Of a stretch of DNA of 64,000 bases, positions 25,742 through 38,243 are shown piece after piece. The stretch spans positions 3,906,001-3,970,000 of the forward strand of contig CM059432.1 of the NCBI GenBank assembly GCA_030390025.1, read 5' to 3'. The position numbers and the translations under genes were made by a program. Position 1 is the first letter of the stretch. Every line of letters begins with the position of its first letter. Origin of the DNA: Squalus acanthias. Taxonomy: Eukaryota. Below the pieces are notes generated by a model. That model made no database searches and had not been told where the DNA came from. It saw only the letters and a list, made by a program, of their open reading frames with translations.

Positions 25742-25972
25742 CTTGACATCATGGCCGGTCTTTCCAGCTTTTAAAAAAAAACTAACACAAGAACCAAACT
25801 CAACTGCAGAGGATATGCAGCCAGCAGGTGTTTTGACACGTTGGACCCCCTGGGACACATCTCATTGTCTTGGCTGTGCTCTTAGTGTGTCTTTGATGTA
25901 GCGAAAGATTTGAATACATTTTTTCTGTGTTTATATTGTGAATTCTGGGAGATTCTCTCACAGCTACTCTAC

Positions 25973-26004
25973 CTGAGGAAGGGGCGACAGCTCCGAAAGC
26001 TTGT
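25973..26004 (+). ncRNA. Minimal hammerhead ribozyme motif in Penelope 3' repeat (mirror copy about 24733-24764, minus)
   Basis: CTGAGGA a ggggc-gaca-gctcc GAAA gctt (palindromic AAGCTT). Confidence 0.65.
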
Positions 26005-26074
26005 AATTTTAAATAAATCTGTTGGACTATAACCTGGTGTTGAGCGACTTCTCATTTTCATAAATAGAGGCATA

Positions 26075-26835
26075 GGGCTGGATTTTGAATGACCCATGGA
26101 GTCGGGTTTGGAGGCGTGTGGGGGGTTAAATTTGCGGGGTCAGGGGTCCCGACCCCATCCCGACTCCATCCCGCCTCCACGCAATTTTGACAAAATCAGT
26201 CGCGGGGTTCCCGACTCCGTCCCGCCTCCAAGAGGCGGGAGAGGCCATTAAAGCCCTTAACAAGCCCTAAATTGGCTCTGTAATGCCATTTTGAAACATT
26301 TTAGCTAATTTAACCCTTTTCCGACGTGAAGCACGCCTGATGTGAAACACTCCAGTGAAATCTGGCGGGAGCACAAGTGGATAGCTGACTATCAGCTGCA
26401 GGTCCACTATTACAACGGAGATGTGATGAAGGTAGTAGTAGTATTAGGTCTGAAAGTCGCCTCTGATGCTGCTGCATTGAATGTCTTTAGAGACTGCATG
26501 GCCTTTGCTGTGAGAGGACTTGGATGCAAAAAAATTCTCTCTCTCTCGCTCTCTCTCTCTCATATCCAGGTCCACTCACAGCAAAAGCCAGGCAGGTCCT
26601 CTCTCACCAACAGCCAGGCACTCTCTGAGACCAGATAGTCCGTCAGAGGCGACATCATCAGAGGCGACTTTCAGACTGAAACCACTAATTAGTTCATGGG
26701 TTCCCACATGCTGGCGCTCAATTGCCCAATTAAGTGAAATCATTCATCCACATTAATCTGGAGTCGGGGGGGGGGGGGGGAACACGAAATGCGGATGACA
26801 CGACCCCAACCCGACCCCAAGACAAAATCCAGCCC
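26075..26835 (+). mobile_element. Harbinger-like MITE
   Basis: TIRs gggctggattttg / caaaatccagccc; TSD ATA. Confidence 0.88.
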
Positions 26836-27837
26836 ATAGAGTACAAAAGCAAGGAAGTTATGATGAACCTTTATAAAACTTTGCTCTGACCTCAACTGGA
26901 GTATTGTGTCCAATTCTGGGCACCACACTTTAGGAAGGGTGTGAAGGCCCTAGAGAGGGTACAGAAAAGATTCACGAGAATGGTTCCAGGGATGAGGGAC
27001 TTCACTTACGTGGATAGACTGGAGAAGCTGGGGTTGTTCTCCTTAGAGAAGTGAAGGTTGAAAGGAGATTTGATAGAGGTGTTCAAAATCACAAGGGGTC
27101 TAGACAGAGTAGATAGAGAGAAACTGTTCCCATTGGCGGAAGGGTCGAGAACCAGAGGACACAGATTTAAGGTGATTGGCAGAAGAACCAAAGGCGACAT
27201 GAGGAAAAACTTTTTTACGCAGCGAGTGGTTAGGATCTGGAATGCACTGCCTGAAAGGGTGATGGAGGCAGATTCAATCGTGGCTTTCAAAAGAGAATTG
27301 GATAAGTACCTGAAGGAAAATAATTGCAGGGCTACGGGGAAAGGGCGGAGGAGTGGGACTAGCTGAAGTGCTCTTGCAGAGAGCCAGCACAGGCTCAACG
27401 GGCCGAATGGCCTTTTTTGTGCTGTAACCTTCTATGATTCTATGATTCTAAGCTGTCTAAGCAGCCAGTCACATTGAAGAATTCTCATAGACAGCAAACC
27501 AGGAAATAAAAAGCACTGATTATCTGCACCTTTTAAAACTGTTACAGAGAGTGAAATAAAGATTGGGACATGCACCTGGGGTTAAGGTAGAAGCTGAAAT
27601 ATCAGGAACAAACTTTAAAAAAAACCAAGATTTAATTTTTTTAAATTTTTTATCATAGTGGAGAAATTTGACATTGCAAAAATATAAAAATTAGTTTTTC
27701 AGGGCCAGAGCATTTGTTTAGCAGTCAATGTGCTTTTAAAACCCCAGTTATACCTATTCCAACAAGGCCTAACATTCAATGGGGTATTAACAGTGTTATT
27801 GACGCGGAACTGCTCAAGTTTCTGTCAGTTCCGCTGA

Positions 27838-29188
27838 TACATAGATACATAGATACATAGAAGATAGGAGCAGGAGTAGGCCATCCGGCCCTTCGAGCCT
27901 GCTCCGCCATTTAATGAGATCATGGCTGATCCTCCAATTCAGTATCCCGTCCCCGCCTTCTCTCCGTAACCCTTAACCCCTTTTGCCTGTAGAAATATAT
28001 CTAATTCCCTCTTAAATATATTTAATGAGCTGGCATACACTGCCCTCTGTGGCAATGAGTTCCACAGGTTCACCACCCTCTGAGTGAAGAAATTCCCCCT
28101 CATTTCTGTCCTAAATGGTTTAGCCCTTATCCTTAAATTATGTCCTCTAGTTCTGTTCTCACCCGCCAAGGGAAACATTCCTTCTGCATCTAGTCTGTCT
28201 AGACCTGTCAGAATTTTATACACTTCTATGAGGTCCCCTCTCAATCTTCTAAACTCCAGTGTGTACATCCCTAAACTACATAGTCTCTCCTCATAGGTCA
28301 ATCCCGCCATTCCTGGTATCAGCCTGGTGAATCGCCGCTGCACCCCCTCCATGGCAAGAACATCTTTCCTCAGATGAGGCGACCAAAACTGTACACAGTA
28401 CTCGAGGTGTGGTCTCACCAGTGCCCTGTACAGCTGCAGCAAGGTATCCTTGTTCCTGTATTCCAACCCTTTTGCTATGAAGGCCAGCATACCGTTTGCC
28501 TTCTTGATCGCCTGTTGCACCTGCATGCTCGCCTTCAGTGACTGGTGTACAAGAACACCCAGGTCTCTCTGTACTTCCCCCTCTCCCAATTTATTGCCAT
28601 TTAAATAATAATTTGCCCTCCCGTTCCTGCACCCAAGGTGGATAACTTCGCACTTGTCCACATTATAGTGCATCTGCCATTTATCCGCCCAATCACCCAG
28701 TCTGTCCAAATCGCTCTGGAGCTTCCTGGTCTCCTCCTCTGAGCCCACCCCCCCTCCTAGTTTAGTGTCGTCTGCAAATTTGGAAATGCTGCATCCGACT
28801 CCCTGATCCAGGTCATTAATGTAAATTGTGAACAGCTGGGGACCCAGGACAGATCCCTGTGGTACCCCACTTGTTACTGCCTGCCATTCAGAAAATGAGC
28901 CGTTTATTCCAACTCTCTGTTTTCTATCTGACAGCCAGTTCTCTATCCACGTCAATACTTTCCCCTTTATCCCATGAGCTTCAATTTTCCCTGCTAATCT
29001 TTTATGTGGGACCTTATCGAAGGCCTTTTGGAAGTCCAGGTACACCACATCTACTGGCTCTCCCCCATCTATTTTACCAGTTACTCCCTCAAAAAATTCC
29101 AATAGATTAGTCAAGCACGATTTACCCTTTGTAAATCCATGTTGACTCTGTCCTATCCTGTCCCCATTTGCTAAGTGCTCCGCTATTT
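27838..29188 (-). mobile_element. Young 5'-truncated CR1 LINE with uninterrupted RT and C-terminal ORF
   Basis: ORF ending at 27939 open for about 415 codons: [31 protein letters not shown]; (catagata)n tail. Confidence 0.95.
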
Positions 29189-30004
29189 CATCTGTTTCCG
29201 GCGATGGGTGGTGGGGGGGGGCGGGGACCACAGCACAACCAGTGTCGGAGCAGTGAATGACTGACGGCAGCTTCAGGAGTTCCGCGTTTATCTGCGCATT
29301 GGGCTTCATCCTGAAGTTGCGCTGAGTTTCAGAGGGGTAATGATGGCGAGCGCTGACAGCTCGTCATTGCCCACCGCAAAAATCCAAGCCGTAATGTTGG
29401 CTAAGAATTCTACTTTAACATGAATTTACCCCAAAGAATATTCAGGCAATAGGAATTAATGCAAAGAAAGAAAATGATACATGATTTTCAATTTCTGATC
29501 TCTATTAACAGAAGGATTTGCTTATCAGTTACTCATTTGAGGAGAATTGATGATATATATTCTTAAAATTATACATAAATTGATGAAGTAATATATGTGG
29601 GGGAATCAGGGAAATCAGCGTAAGCTCATCTAAAGGGACAATATGTTCACTTTGTAATATCCGAACCACCAACTAAATCTATGAATAGACACAGAAGCAG
29701 AGAGTTCCCCAGAGTGTCGCCAACACAGACAGACAAGGGGTGATGTATCACATCACAATTCACTTCAGGAAGTTTCATGTACATCCTTGCATTGGTTTGC
29801 ATGTCACATTGCAAGGGTCTATTTGATGGATGTTTCAGAGTGGCACTTAATGGACAGGAACCACAGTAGCTCCCGCATCACGCTAATGACAAAACACCGC
29901 TTAGCCTACAAGTCAAGACTTCCTGTTGCAGGAGGCGACATCTTCATCTGAGAATTATTAACCACTTTATCACCACTCCTTCGCAAACTCTCCCTTCTTT
30001 GTCT

Positions 30005-30351
30005 GTACACAAATCTTTGAAGGTGGCAGGACAATTTGATGAAGCTGTTAAAAAAAAAGCATACGGGATTGCTCGGCTTTATAAATAGAGGCATAGGGCT
30101 GGATTTTGTCTTGGGGTCGGGTTGGGGTCGTGTCATCTGCATTTCGTGTTCCCCCCCGACTCCAGATTAATGTGGGAGACTGATGCAATTTTCACTTAAT
30201 TGGGCAATTGAGTTCCAGCATGTGGGAACCCATGAACTAATTAGTGGTTTCAGTGTGAAAGTCGCCTCTGATGATGTCAGCATTGCTGCTGCCTGATGCT
30301 GGTGAGAGAGGACCTGCCTGGCTTTGTGCTGTGAGTGGAGTGGATGCAAAT

Positions 30352-30383
<32 letters not shown>

Positions 30384-31420
30384 CATCCAAGTCCTCTCAC
30401 AGCAAAGGCCATGCAGTTTCTGAACACATTCAATTCAGCAGCAACTTTCACACATAATACTACTACTACCTTCATCACATCTCTGGTGTAATAATGGACT
30501 TGCAGCCGATAGTCAGCTGTCCACTTGTGCTCCCGCCAGGTTTCACTGGAGTGTTTCACACCAGGCGTGCTTCACGCCAGAAAAGGGTTAAACTAGCTAC
30601 AACGTTTGAAAATGGCATTACACAGCCAATTTAGGGCTTGTTAAGGGCTTTAATGGCCTCTCCCGCCTCCAAGAGGCGGGATGGAGTCGGGAAACCCGCG
30701 ACTGATTTTGTCAAAATTGTGTGGAGGCGGGATAGAGTCGGGATGGGGTCGGGACCCCCGACCCCGCAAATTTAACCCCCCACACGCCTCCAAACCCGAC
30801 TCCATGGGTCATTCAAAATCCAGCCCATAGTGTACAAAAGCAAGGAAGTTATACTAAACCTTTATAAATCACTGGTTAGGCCCCAGCTGGAGTATTGTGT
30901 CCAATTCTGGGCACCGCACTTTAGGAAGGATGTGAAGGCCTTGAGGAGGGTGCAGAGGAGATTTACCAGAATGGTACCAGGGATGAGGGACTCCAGTGAT
31001 GTAGAGAGACTGGAGAAGCTGGGACTGTTCTCCTTGGAGCAGAGAAGGTTAAGGGGAGATTTAATTGAGGTGTTCAAAATTATGAAGGGTTTTGATAGAG
31101 TAAATAAGGAGAAATTGGCAGGAGGGTGGGTAACCAGAGGACACAGATTTAAGATGAATTGCAAAAAAGCCAGGGGGGAGATAAGGAGAAATTATTTTAC
31201 TCAACAAGCTATGATCTGAAATGCGCTGCCTGAAAGGGCGGTGGAAGCAGATTCAATAGTAACTTTCAAAAGGGAATTGGATAAATACTTGAAAAGGAAA
31301 AAATTAGCAGAGTTATGGGGAAAGAGCAGGTGGCAGTGGGACTAATTGGATCGCTCTTTCAAAGAGCCGGCACAGCACGATGGGCCGAATGGCCTCTTTC
31401 TGTGCTGTATCATTCTACAA
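30005..31420 (+). mobile_element. CR1 3' end split by a MITE
   Basis: HKSLKVAGQ ... [19 protein letters not shown]. Confidence 0.9.
30096..30826 (-). mobile_element. Harbinger-like MITE, inverted relative to 26075-26835
   Basis: Same TIRs, TSD ATA; reverse-complement homology along its length. Confidence 0.88.
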
Positions 31421-31579
31421 AACAGGGTTAAAATGGTCCCTTTAGCATTGTCACAGTCTTTGTTCCAGTACACAAATATAGTCTTAGAAAAACGCCCTGG
31501 AGTACTGTGAGCAGTTCTGGGCACCAGAGCTTAGGAAGGATATATTGGGGTTGGAGGGAGTGCAGCGTAGGTTTACCAG

Positions 31580-32700
31580 AATGCTCTTCTCGATCTTCCT
31601 TGCTGCAATGCTCCATCTCCATCTACAGAACAAACAGGAAACTGTTCAACCTCCGTCACCTCCAGTACAAATCCAATGTCGTCCCATCCTCTGTCATCGA
31701 ATTACAGTATGCAGAGGAAGCTTGGGTCTGCGCTCACTCGGAGGTCGAACTCCAAACCGTTGTCAACACCTTCACCGAAGCGTACGAGAGTATGGGCCTT
31801 ACACTAAACATCTGTAAGACAAAGGTCCTCTACCAACCTGCCCCAGCCACACAGTACTGCCCCCCGATTATCAAAATCCACGACGAGGCCTTGGACAACG
31901 TGAGCCACTTTCCATACCTCAGGAGCCTACTGTCAACAAGGGCAGACGTTGATGACACCGCCCTCAGTGTGCCAGTGCAGCTTTCGGTCACCTGAGGAAG
32001 AGAGTGTTTGAAGACCAGGACCTCAAACCCGGCACTAAGCTCATGGTCTACAGAGCAGTAGTGATACCCGCCCTCCTGTATGCCTCAGAGACATGGACCA
32101 TGTACAGCAGGCACCTCAAAGCACTAGAGAGGTACCACCAACGCTGCCTCCGCAAGATCCTGCAAATCCATTGGCAGGATAGGCGCACAAACGTCAGTGT
32201 TCTCGCACAGGCCAACATCCCCAGCATCGAAGCTCTGACCACGCTCGATCAGCTCCGATGGACGGGTCACATTGTCCGCATGCTCGATACGAGACTCCCA
32301 AAACAAGCGCTCTACTCGGAGCTCCGACACGGCAAGAGAGCCCCAGGTGGGCAGAGGAAATGCTTCAAGGACACCCTCAAAGCCTCCTTGAAAAAGTGCA
32401 ACATCCCCACCGACACCTGGGAATCCCTGGCCCAAGACCGCACAAAGTGGAGGAGAAGCATCCGGGAAGGCGCCGAACACCTCGAGTCTCTTCGCCGGGA
32501 GCAAGCGGAAGCCAAGCGCAAACAGCGGAAGGAGCGCACGTCAACCCAAGCACCCCACCCACCCGCCCCTTCAACCACCGTCTGCCCCACCTGTGACAGA
32601 GACTGCAGGTCCCGCATTGGACTCATCAGTCACCTGAGAACTCATTTTTAGTGTGGAAGCAAGTCATCCTCGGTTCCGAGGGACTGCCTAAGAGAGTGAA
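31580..32700 (+). mobile_element. RTE-clade LINE 3' part (RT C-terminus and zinc finger)
   Basis: KLFNLR, ELQYA(EE), GLTLNICKTKV, FPYL, TKLMVYRAVV..LLYASETW, QLRWTGH, CPTC...HLRTH. Confidence 0.88.
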
Positions 32701-32711
32701 AGAGAGACCTG

Positions 32712-34483
32712 TACCGGGATTTTACTCACCTCGGCAGGTCCGTGGCAGGCAACGTCAGTGGCGGGTTCCGACCCCGCTGCTGTCTCCAACCCGCTCTGTA
32801 AAATGAATTTCCCTTGATAGGGCTTGTTAAGCTCCGCCCAGCACGTTACCTGGTCAATTAGAGGAAGCGGGTCTGGTGACGTCATTAAAGACGCGTCATC
32901 AGCCGGTTTCCTTAAAGGGACCACGGCCATCTTTATTTTGACATTTGTGCTGTCAGTGTTCTGCAGCATTGAGGTGCTGCAAACACTGACAAGCACTGCA
33001 CAAAGGCTCAGGGCTGCACCCAGGTTCTCCCATGACTCCCTCCATATGCTTATGGAGAGAGTCACAGCGCACAGGGAGGTCCTCTTCCCTTCCCATGGGT
33101 GGAAGAGTCCTCCCCAGGAGATCAACACAGCCTGCTTGCACATTGCATAGGAGGTCACAAGCAGGGATGTCATCAGGAGGACCTGGGTGCAGTGCCGCAA
33201 ACGTTTCAATGATCTCAGTTGATCACGAAATGTTAGTACAAAGCCACACTCAACCTCATCCTGCTGTGCCTCTCATCACATCCCCATCACTCTGCCTTCC
33301 CTACCCTACTCCTGCACATCCTTCTCACACCAACTTACCTTGCCCCTCCACCCATCCCTCTCTATCTACATTATCACTTCCCCATCTCACTAGCCACCCC
33401 TCACACTCACCCTCATCCTCGTGCAATCATACCAACTAACAACACACAAGGGTAGGCACTTGGGTGTTTTATGCAATGTTCATGTAAAGTTTCTGTTAAT
33501 GTGGTGTCAAACATTGAAACCTTTATTTTCAACACTTTCCATTCTTGGACAGATTTGTGTACACCTTTGGAAGTGGCTTAGTGAGTTGCAGTGAATGGTG
33601 AGACATAATGGTACCCCCTGCAATGCTCATGAGTGTGAAAGGAATGGTTTGGGCATTGTAGGGATGCTTTAAGGTGTTGGTGTGGGGTGGTGCCAACCTG
33701 GCACATCGTGTGGCAGCCAGGGTGTACAGCGTCAAGTGAAGTAAATCTGGCTATGGTGAAGCCATCCCTGGCCTCCCGGGCAGCAATGTGGTTGGGTGAT
33801 GATGCCCTGTGTCCTGTGCAGCATCAGGTGATTGTGGAGAAGGTTGGTGCTGTTGTTGGTGCTGCTGGTGTGCCTGGTGCTGCTGGCGTTGGGGCTGATC
33901 ATGGTGGGATTCTGAGGACCAAGGTGAGACAGTATAGAGGGCACCCATGCTGATGGAATAGATGGCAGGTGAAGTAGAGATGACAGAAGCGATCTGTCAA
34001 TGGTGAGAGAGGTAATGAGGTCAGACTGGATGGAGACTTGTGTAAAGACTTGCACCATGGTGAATCTGTTGTGGAAATGCAGTGAGGAAGAGCTTGTGGC
34101 TGAGGGAAGATATCTCTGTAAGGTGGGAGCTTTTACTGGACATTTGAAGCCGTCAACTCAACAGCTGATTCAATGGCCACTGAACTCCAGCCTCAGCTTG
34201 ACAGACGTGGTCCACGACCAGCGTGGACCCTGTGGGCGAGCACGTAAAATCAAAAAGGTGAGCTCAAATGTATTCTGAATGATCTCTAAACAAGCCACTA
34301 ATGACCTGAATTGGGTCCCCCGCCGCTGCCTGTCGGGTCTGCTCAGCGCTGACAGACCCGCCATCGGGGAAAGGCGTGTGGCGGCGGGTTCACAGCGGGT
34401 CCCGACCCGCTGGGGAAAAAAAGCACTTTCCCACCCGACCCGCCACCGATCGCGCCCATTGACCCCCACTCAAAATCTCGGCC
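32712..34483 (+). mobile_element. Harbinger deletion derivative with decayed Myb/SANT exon
   Basis: Ends ccgggatttt / aaaatctcggcc; RAAPRFSHDSL...(stop)...TWVQCRKRFNDL at about 33010-33216. Confidence 0.8.
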
Positions 34484-34559
34484 TTAGACTTCAAGGGTTA
34501 AATTTCGAGGAGAGATTACACAAACTACAGTTGTATTACATCGGATTAAACAGGGTTAC

Positions 34560-35390
34560 ATAGGATATGCAGCACAGAAACAGACCATTCGGCCCAACCA
34601 GTCCATGCTGGCATTTATTCTCCACTCGAGCCTCCTCCCGTCTTTCCTCATCTAAATCTATCAGTGTAACCCTCTGTTCCCTTCTCCCTCATATGCTTAT
34701 CTAGCCTCCCCTTAAATGCATCTATACTATTCACCTCAACCACTCCCTGTGGTAGTGAGTTCCACATTCTCACCACTCTTTGGGTAAAGAAGTTTCTTCT
34801 GAATTCCCTATTTGATTTCTTGGTGACTTTCTTATATCGATGGCCTCTAGTTTTGCTCTTCCCCACAAGTGGAAACACTCTCTCTGTATCCACTCTATCA
34901 AAACTTTTCATAATTTTAAAGACCTCTATTAGGTCACCCCAAGAGAAAAGAGACCCAGCCTGTTCATCCTTTCCTGATAGGTATACCCTCGCATTTCTGG
35001 TATCATCCTTGTAAATCATCTCTGCACCCTCTCCAGTGCCTCTCTATCCTTTTTAGAATACGGCGACCAGAACTGTACACAGTACTCCAAGTGTGGTCTA
35101 ACCAAGGTTCGATACAAGTTTAGCATAACTTCCCTACTTTTCAATTCTATCCCTCTAGAAATAAACCCTAGTGCCTGGTTTGCTTTTTTTTATGACCTTG
35201 CTAACCTCTGTTGCTACTTTTAGTGATTTGTGTATTTGTTCTCCGAGATCCCTTTGTGCCTCTACCCTACCCAGACTCGCACCCTCCAAGTAATAAGTGA
35301 CCTCCCTATTCTTCCTACCAAAATGTAATACCTCACATTTATCTGTGTTGAACTTCATTTGCCAATTATACACCCATTCTGTAAGTTTAT
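34560..35390 (-). mobile_element. CR1 3' fragment
   Basis: WQMKFNTDKCEVLHFG, RVVRMWNSLP. Confidence 0.88.
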
Positions 35391-35394
35391 TCTC

Positions 35395-35777
35395 TGGCAT
35401 TTAGAAGGTTAAGGTGCGATCTGATCCAAGTCTTCAAGATATTAAGGGGAACAGATAGGGTAGATAGAGAGAACCTATTTCCGCTGGTTGGGGAGTCTAG
35501 GACTAGGGGGCATGGTCTAAAAATTAGAGCCAGACCTTTCAGGAGTGAAATTAGGAAACACTTCTACACACAAAGGGTGGTAGAAGTTTGGAACTCTCTT
35601 CCGCAAACGGCGATTGATGCTGGGTGAATTGTTAATTTTAAATCTGAGATTGATAGATTTTTGTTAACCAAAGGTATTAAGGAATATGGGGCAAAGGCTG
35701 GTATATGGAGTTAGGTCGCAGATCAGCCATGATCTCATTGAATGGTGGAGCAGGCTCGAGGGGCTGAGTGGCCTCCT
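35395..35777 (+). mobile_element. CR1 3' end
   Basis: SRTRGH, HFYTQRVVEVWNSLP. Confidence 0.85.
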
Positions 35778-36737
35778 CCTGTTCCTGTGTTCCTATGTAC
35801 GCTCCACACAATGAAGGAACAGAAAACACGAAGCTCTTTGCTTCCAGCAATTTATAAGAGTTTGTGTTTTTAAAAAAAAAAAAAATAACTCCTTCGCTTG
35901 CCTCTTTTTCGCTGAGTAAAGTATGGGTCCCGATTACTGCCATGCGCCCAGTCGGAGCTCTGGCCAGTAAACGGCCCAGCTGGCGGCCAGCTGTTTTATA
36001 AACATGTAATGCGGAGAGTATTTTTTACTGGAGCGCTGTGCTCTCATAAATCTTACAGTTACAGTCCCTGCGTGAGACAGCGAGGGCCTGATGTGAGATT
36101 AGTTAGTGGAGTTAAGTGGTTCTGTACGGATTCTGTTGCTGTCAATATTCTCCGGCGCTCGGCTGAGGTGAGTTGACGCAGACATGACCGAGCTCTTCGC
36201 AAAGGAAAAGTCGCAGGCCAGAGGTCGCAGTCACAAATGAATTGAGTGCAGATGTGCTTGTCAGGTCTGCACTGAATAACATCTTCACTTCTGCTGCGTT
36301 GATATCTTGTTATATTTTTAATAAATTGCTTCCATTATGCACTGTTACAGCGGCGAAGCAAATAATGGCATCTGCCATTTGATTCCCTCCGATCGTCCAC
36401 AAGCCACTTTCCGTGTCGCAGCCGCAGTGTTATTAAATGAGATTTCAAAGACTGAAGCAGGTATCTTAACCCCTGACAATTTTGCTTATGAATGTGACAT
36501 TAAAATGACGCTGTTACACTCAATGCTCCCCTTGCTGCAGACACTCAACAGGAGTAAATGCATTGAAATTCCTTTATATATCAATCTCGGTGTCGGCTGA
36601 GAATGTGAGCAATTGCCAGTAGGATATCAATCAAGTTAGACATTTGGATGTAATGAACCTGCCACATATAATAGCAGCCACAAAAAAATAAACAATACTT
36701 TTATTAAAATTATTTAAAAAAACAAAAACATTTCTAG

Positions 36738-37504
36738 TGTCGTCTATTCCAACGCATTCCTGGCCGGCCTCCCACATTCCACCCTACGTAAACTTGAGGT
36801 CATCCAAAACTCGGCTGCCCCGTGTCCTAACTCGCACCAAGTTCCGTTCGCCCATCAATATATTCAAGAAGGAGTTAGATATATTTCTTAAGGCTAAAGG
36901 GATCAAGGGATATGGAGAGAAGGCAGGGACAGGGTACTGAATTTGGATGATCAGCCATGATCTCATTGAATGGCGGAGCAGGCTCGAGGGGCCGAATGGC
37001 CTACTCCTGCTCCTATCTTCTATGTTTCTATGTTTCTATCAGCCCCCCTGTGCTCACTAACCTACATTGGCTCCCGGTCCAGCAACGCCTCGATTTTGAA
37101 ATTCTCAGTCTTGTTTTCCAATCCCTCCATGGCCTCGCCCCCTCCCGAGCTCTCTAATCTCCTCCAGCCCCCCGCCCCGCCCCGCCCGAGATCTCTGCGC
37201 TCCGCCAATTCTGGTGTCTTGAGCATTCCCGATTTTTTTCGCTCCACCATTGGCGGCTGTGCCTTCAGCTGCCTGGGCCCTAAGCTCTGGAATTCCGCCC
37301 CTAAACCTCTCCGCCTCTCTACCTCTCTTTCCTCCTTTAAGATGCTCCTTAAAACCGACCTCTTTGGCCAAGCTTTTGGTCACCTGCCCTAATACCTCCT
37401 CATGTGGCTCGGTGTCAAATTTTGTTTGATAATCGCTCCTGTGAAGCGCCCTGGGACGTTTTACTACATTAAAGTTGCTATATAAATGCAAATTGTTGTT
37501 GTTG
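36738..37504 (+). mobile_element. L2-clade LINE 3' end, containing a short CR1 tail (about 36857-37037)
   Basis: YSNAFLAGLP, IQNS, LHWLPV, AFSCLGPKLWNS, FK.LLKT; (ttg)n tail shared with DeuSINE. Confidence 0.85.
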
Positions 37505-37553
37505 TGGTCTGAATATATTAAACTCAGCAGTAGTTAGCCCCTGGTAAGAATCA

Positions 37554-38226
37554 TCAGAACTGGAAACCGTTGGAGATGTAACAGGTTTTCAGTAAGTATA
37601 GAGGCAGGGAAAGGGGGGAGGGGAGGAACGAACAAAAGGGAAGGTCTTTGATCGCGCTTTCACCACTTCATTCCATTTTCATTCTCCGTCCCACTCCCAC
37701 TCTGACCTCTCCATCCTCGGCTTCCTACACTGTTCCAATGAAGCTCAGTGTAAGCTCGAGGAACAGCACCTCATCAGGCACTTTACAGCCTTCCAGACTC
37801 AACCTCGAGTTCAACAATTTCAGACCATAACCTCCGCCCCCATTTTCTCGGACAGCAGGTGTTGGTAATGGTTCTGCAGTTGCCATTTACACCTCCTCTA
37901 GACCAAATTTTGTTTCTTTACTTGTCCCATTACCATCTCCTTTCGCTTTGCACCATCATCCCTTTTGTCATTTAATCTCTCCTGCCTTCCACCCTATCAC
38001 AGACCTTCCCTTTTGTTCTTTCCTCCCCTCCCCCCTTTCCCTGACCTTACACTTGCTTAAAAACCTGTTATATCTCTAATGTTTTCCCGTTCTGATGAGA
38101 GTTCATCGACCTGAAACGTTAACTCTGTTTCTCTCTCCACAGATGCTGCCTGACCTGCTGAGTGTTTCCAGCGTTTTCTGTTTATATTTCAAATTTCCAG
38201 CATCCGCAGTATTTTACCTTCTATTT
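37554..38226 (+). mobile_element. Penelope-like fragment with 5' inverted segment and degraded hammerhead
   Basis: 15-bp TSD ccctggtaagaatca; KLEEQHLI..TLQPS.LN.EF (GIY-YIG C-terminus); 37554-37647 inverted to about 38001-38098. Confidence 0.82.
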
Positions 38227-38243
38227 CCCTGGTAAGAATCAGT

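Larger units (their letters stand above)
24640..26056 (+). mobile_element. Penelope-like element, 5'-truncated, with inverted duplication
   Basis: 14-bp TSD ttcataaatagagg; arms 24679-25202 and 25536-26058 inverted; GIY-YIG ORF. Confidence 0.92.
24234..27450 (+). mobile_element. CR1 RT/3' end split by Penelope (24640-26056) and MITE (26075-26835) insertions
   Basis: [14 protein letters not shown] ... [10 protein letters not shown] colinear across the insertions. Confidence 0.9.

Noticed and set aside
26342..26638. ORF also present at 30167-30559 (MKHSSE.WREHKW)
   Set aside because: Shared only because both lie in the same MITE family; includes a (CT)n microsatellite and no recognisable domain
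27939..29309. 456-aa ORF as a complete host or retron-like RT gene
   Set aside because: 5'-truncated CR1; the first ~40 aa are fortuitous read-in from flanking repeat
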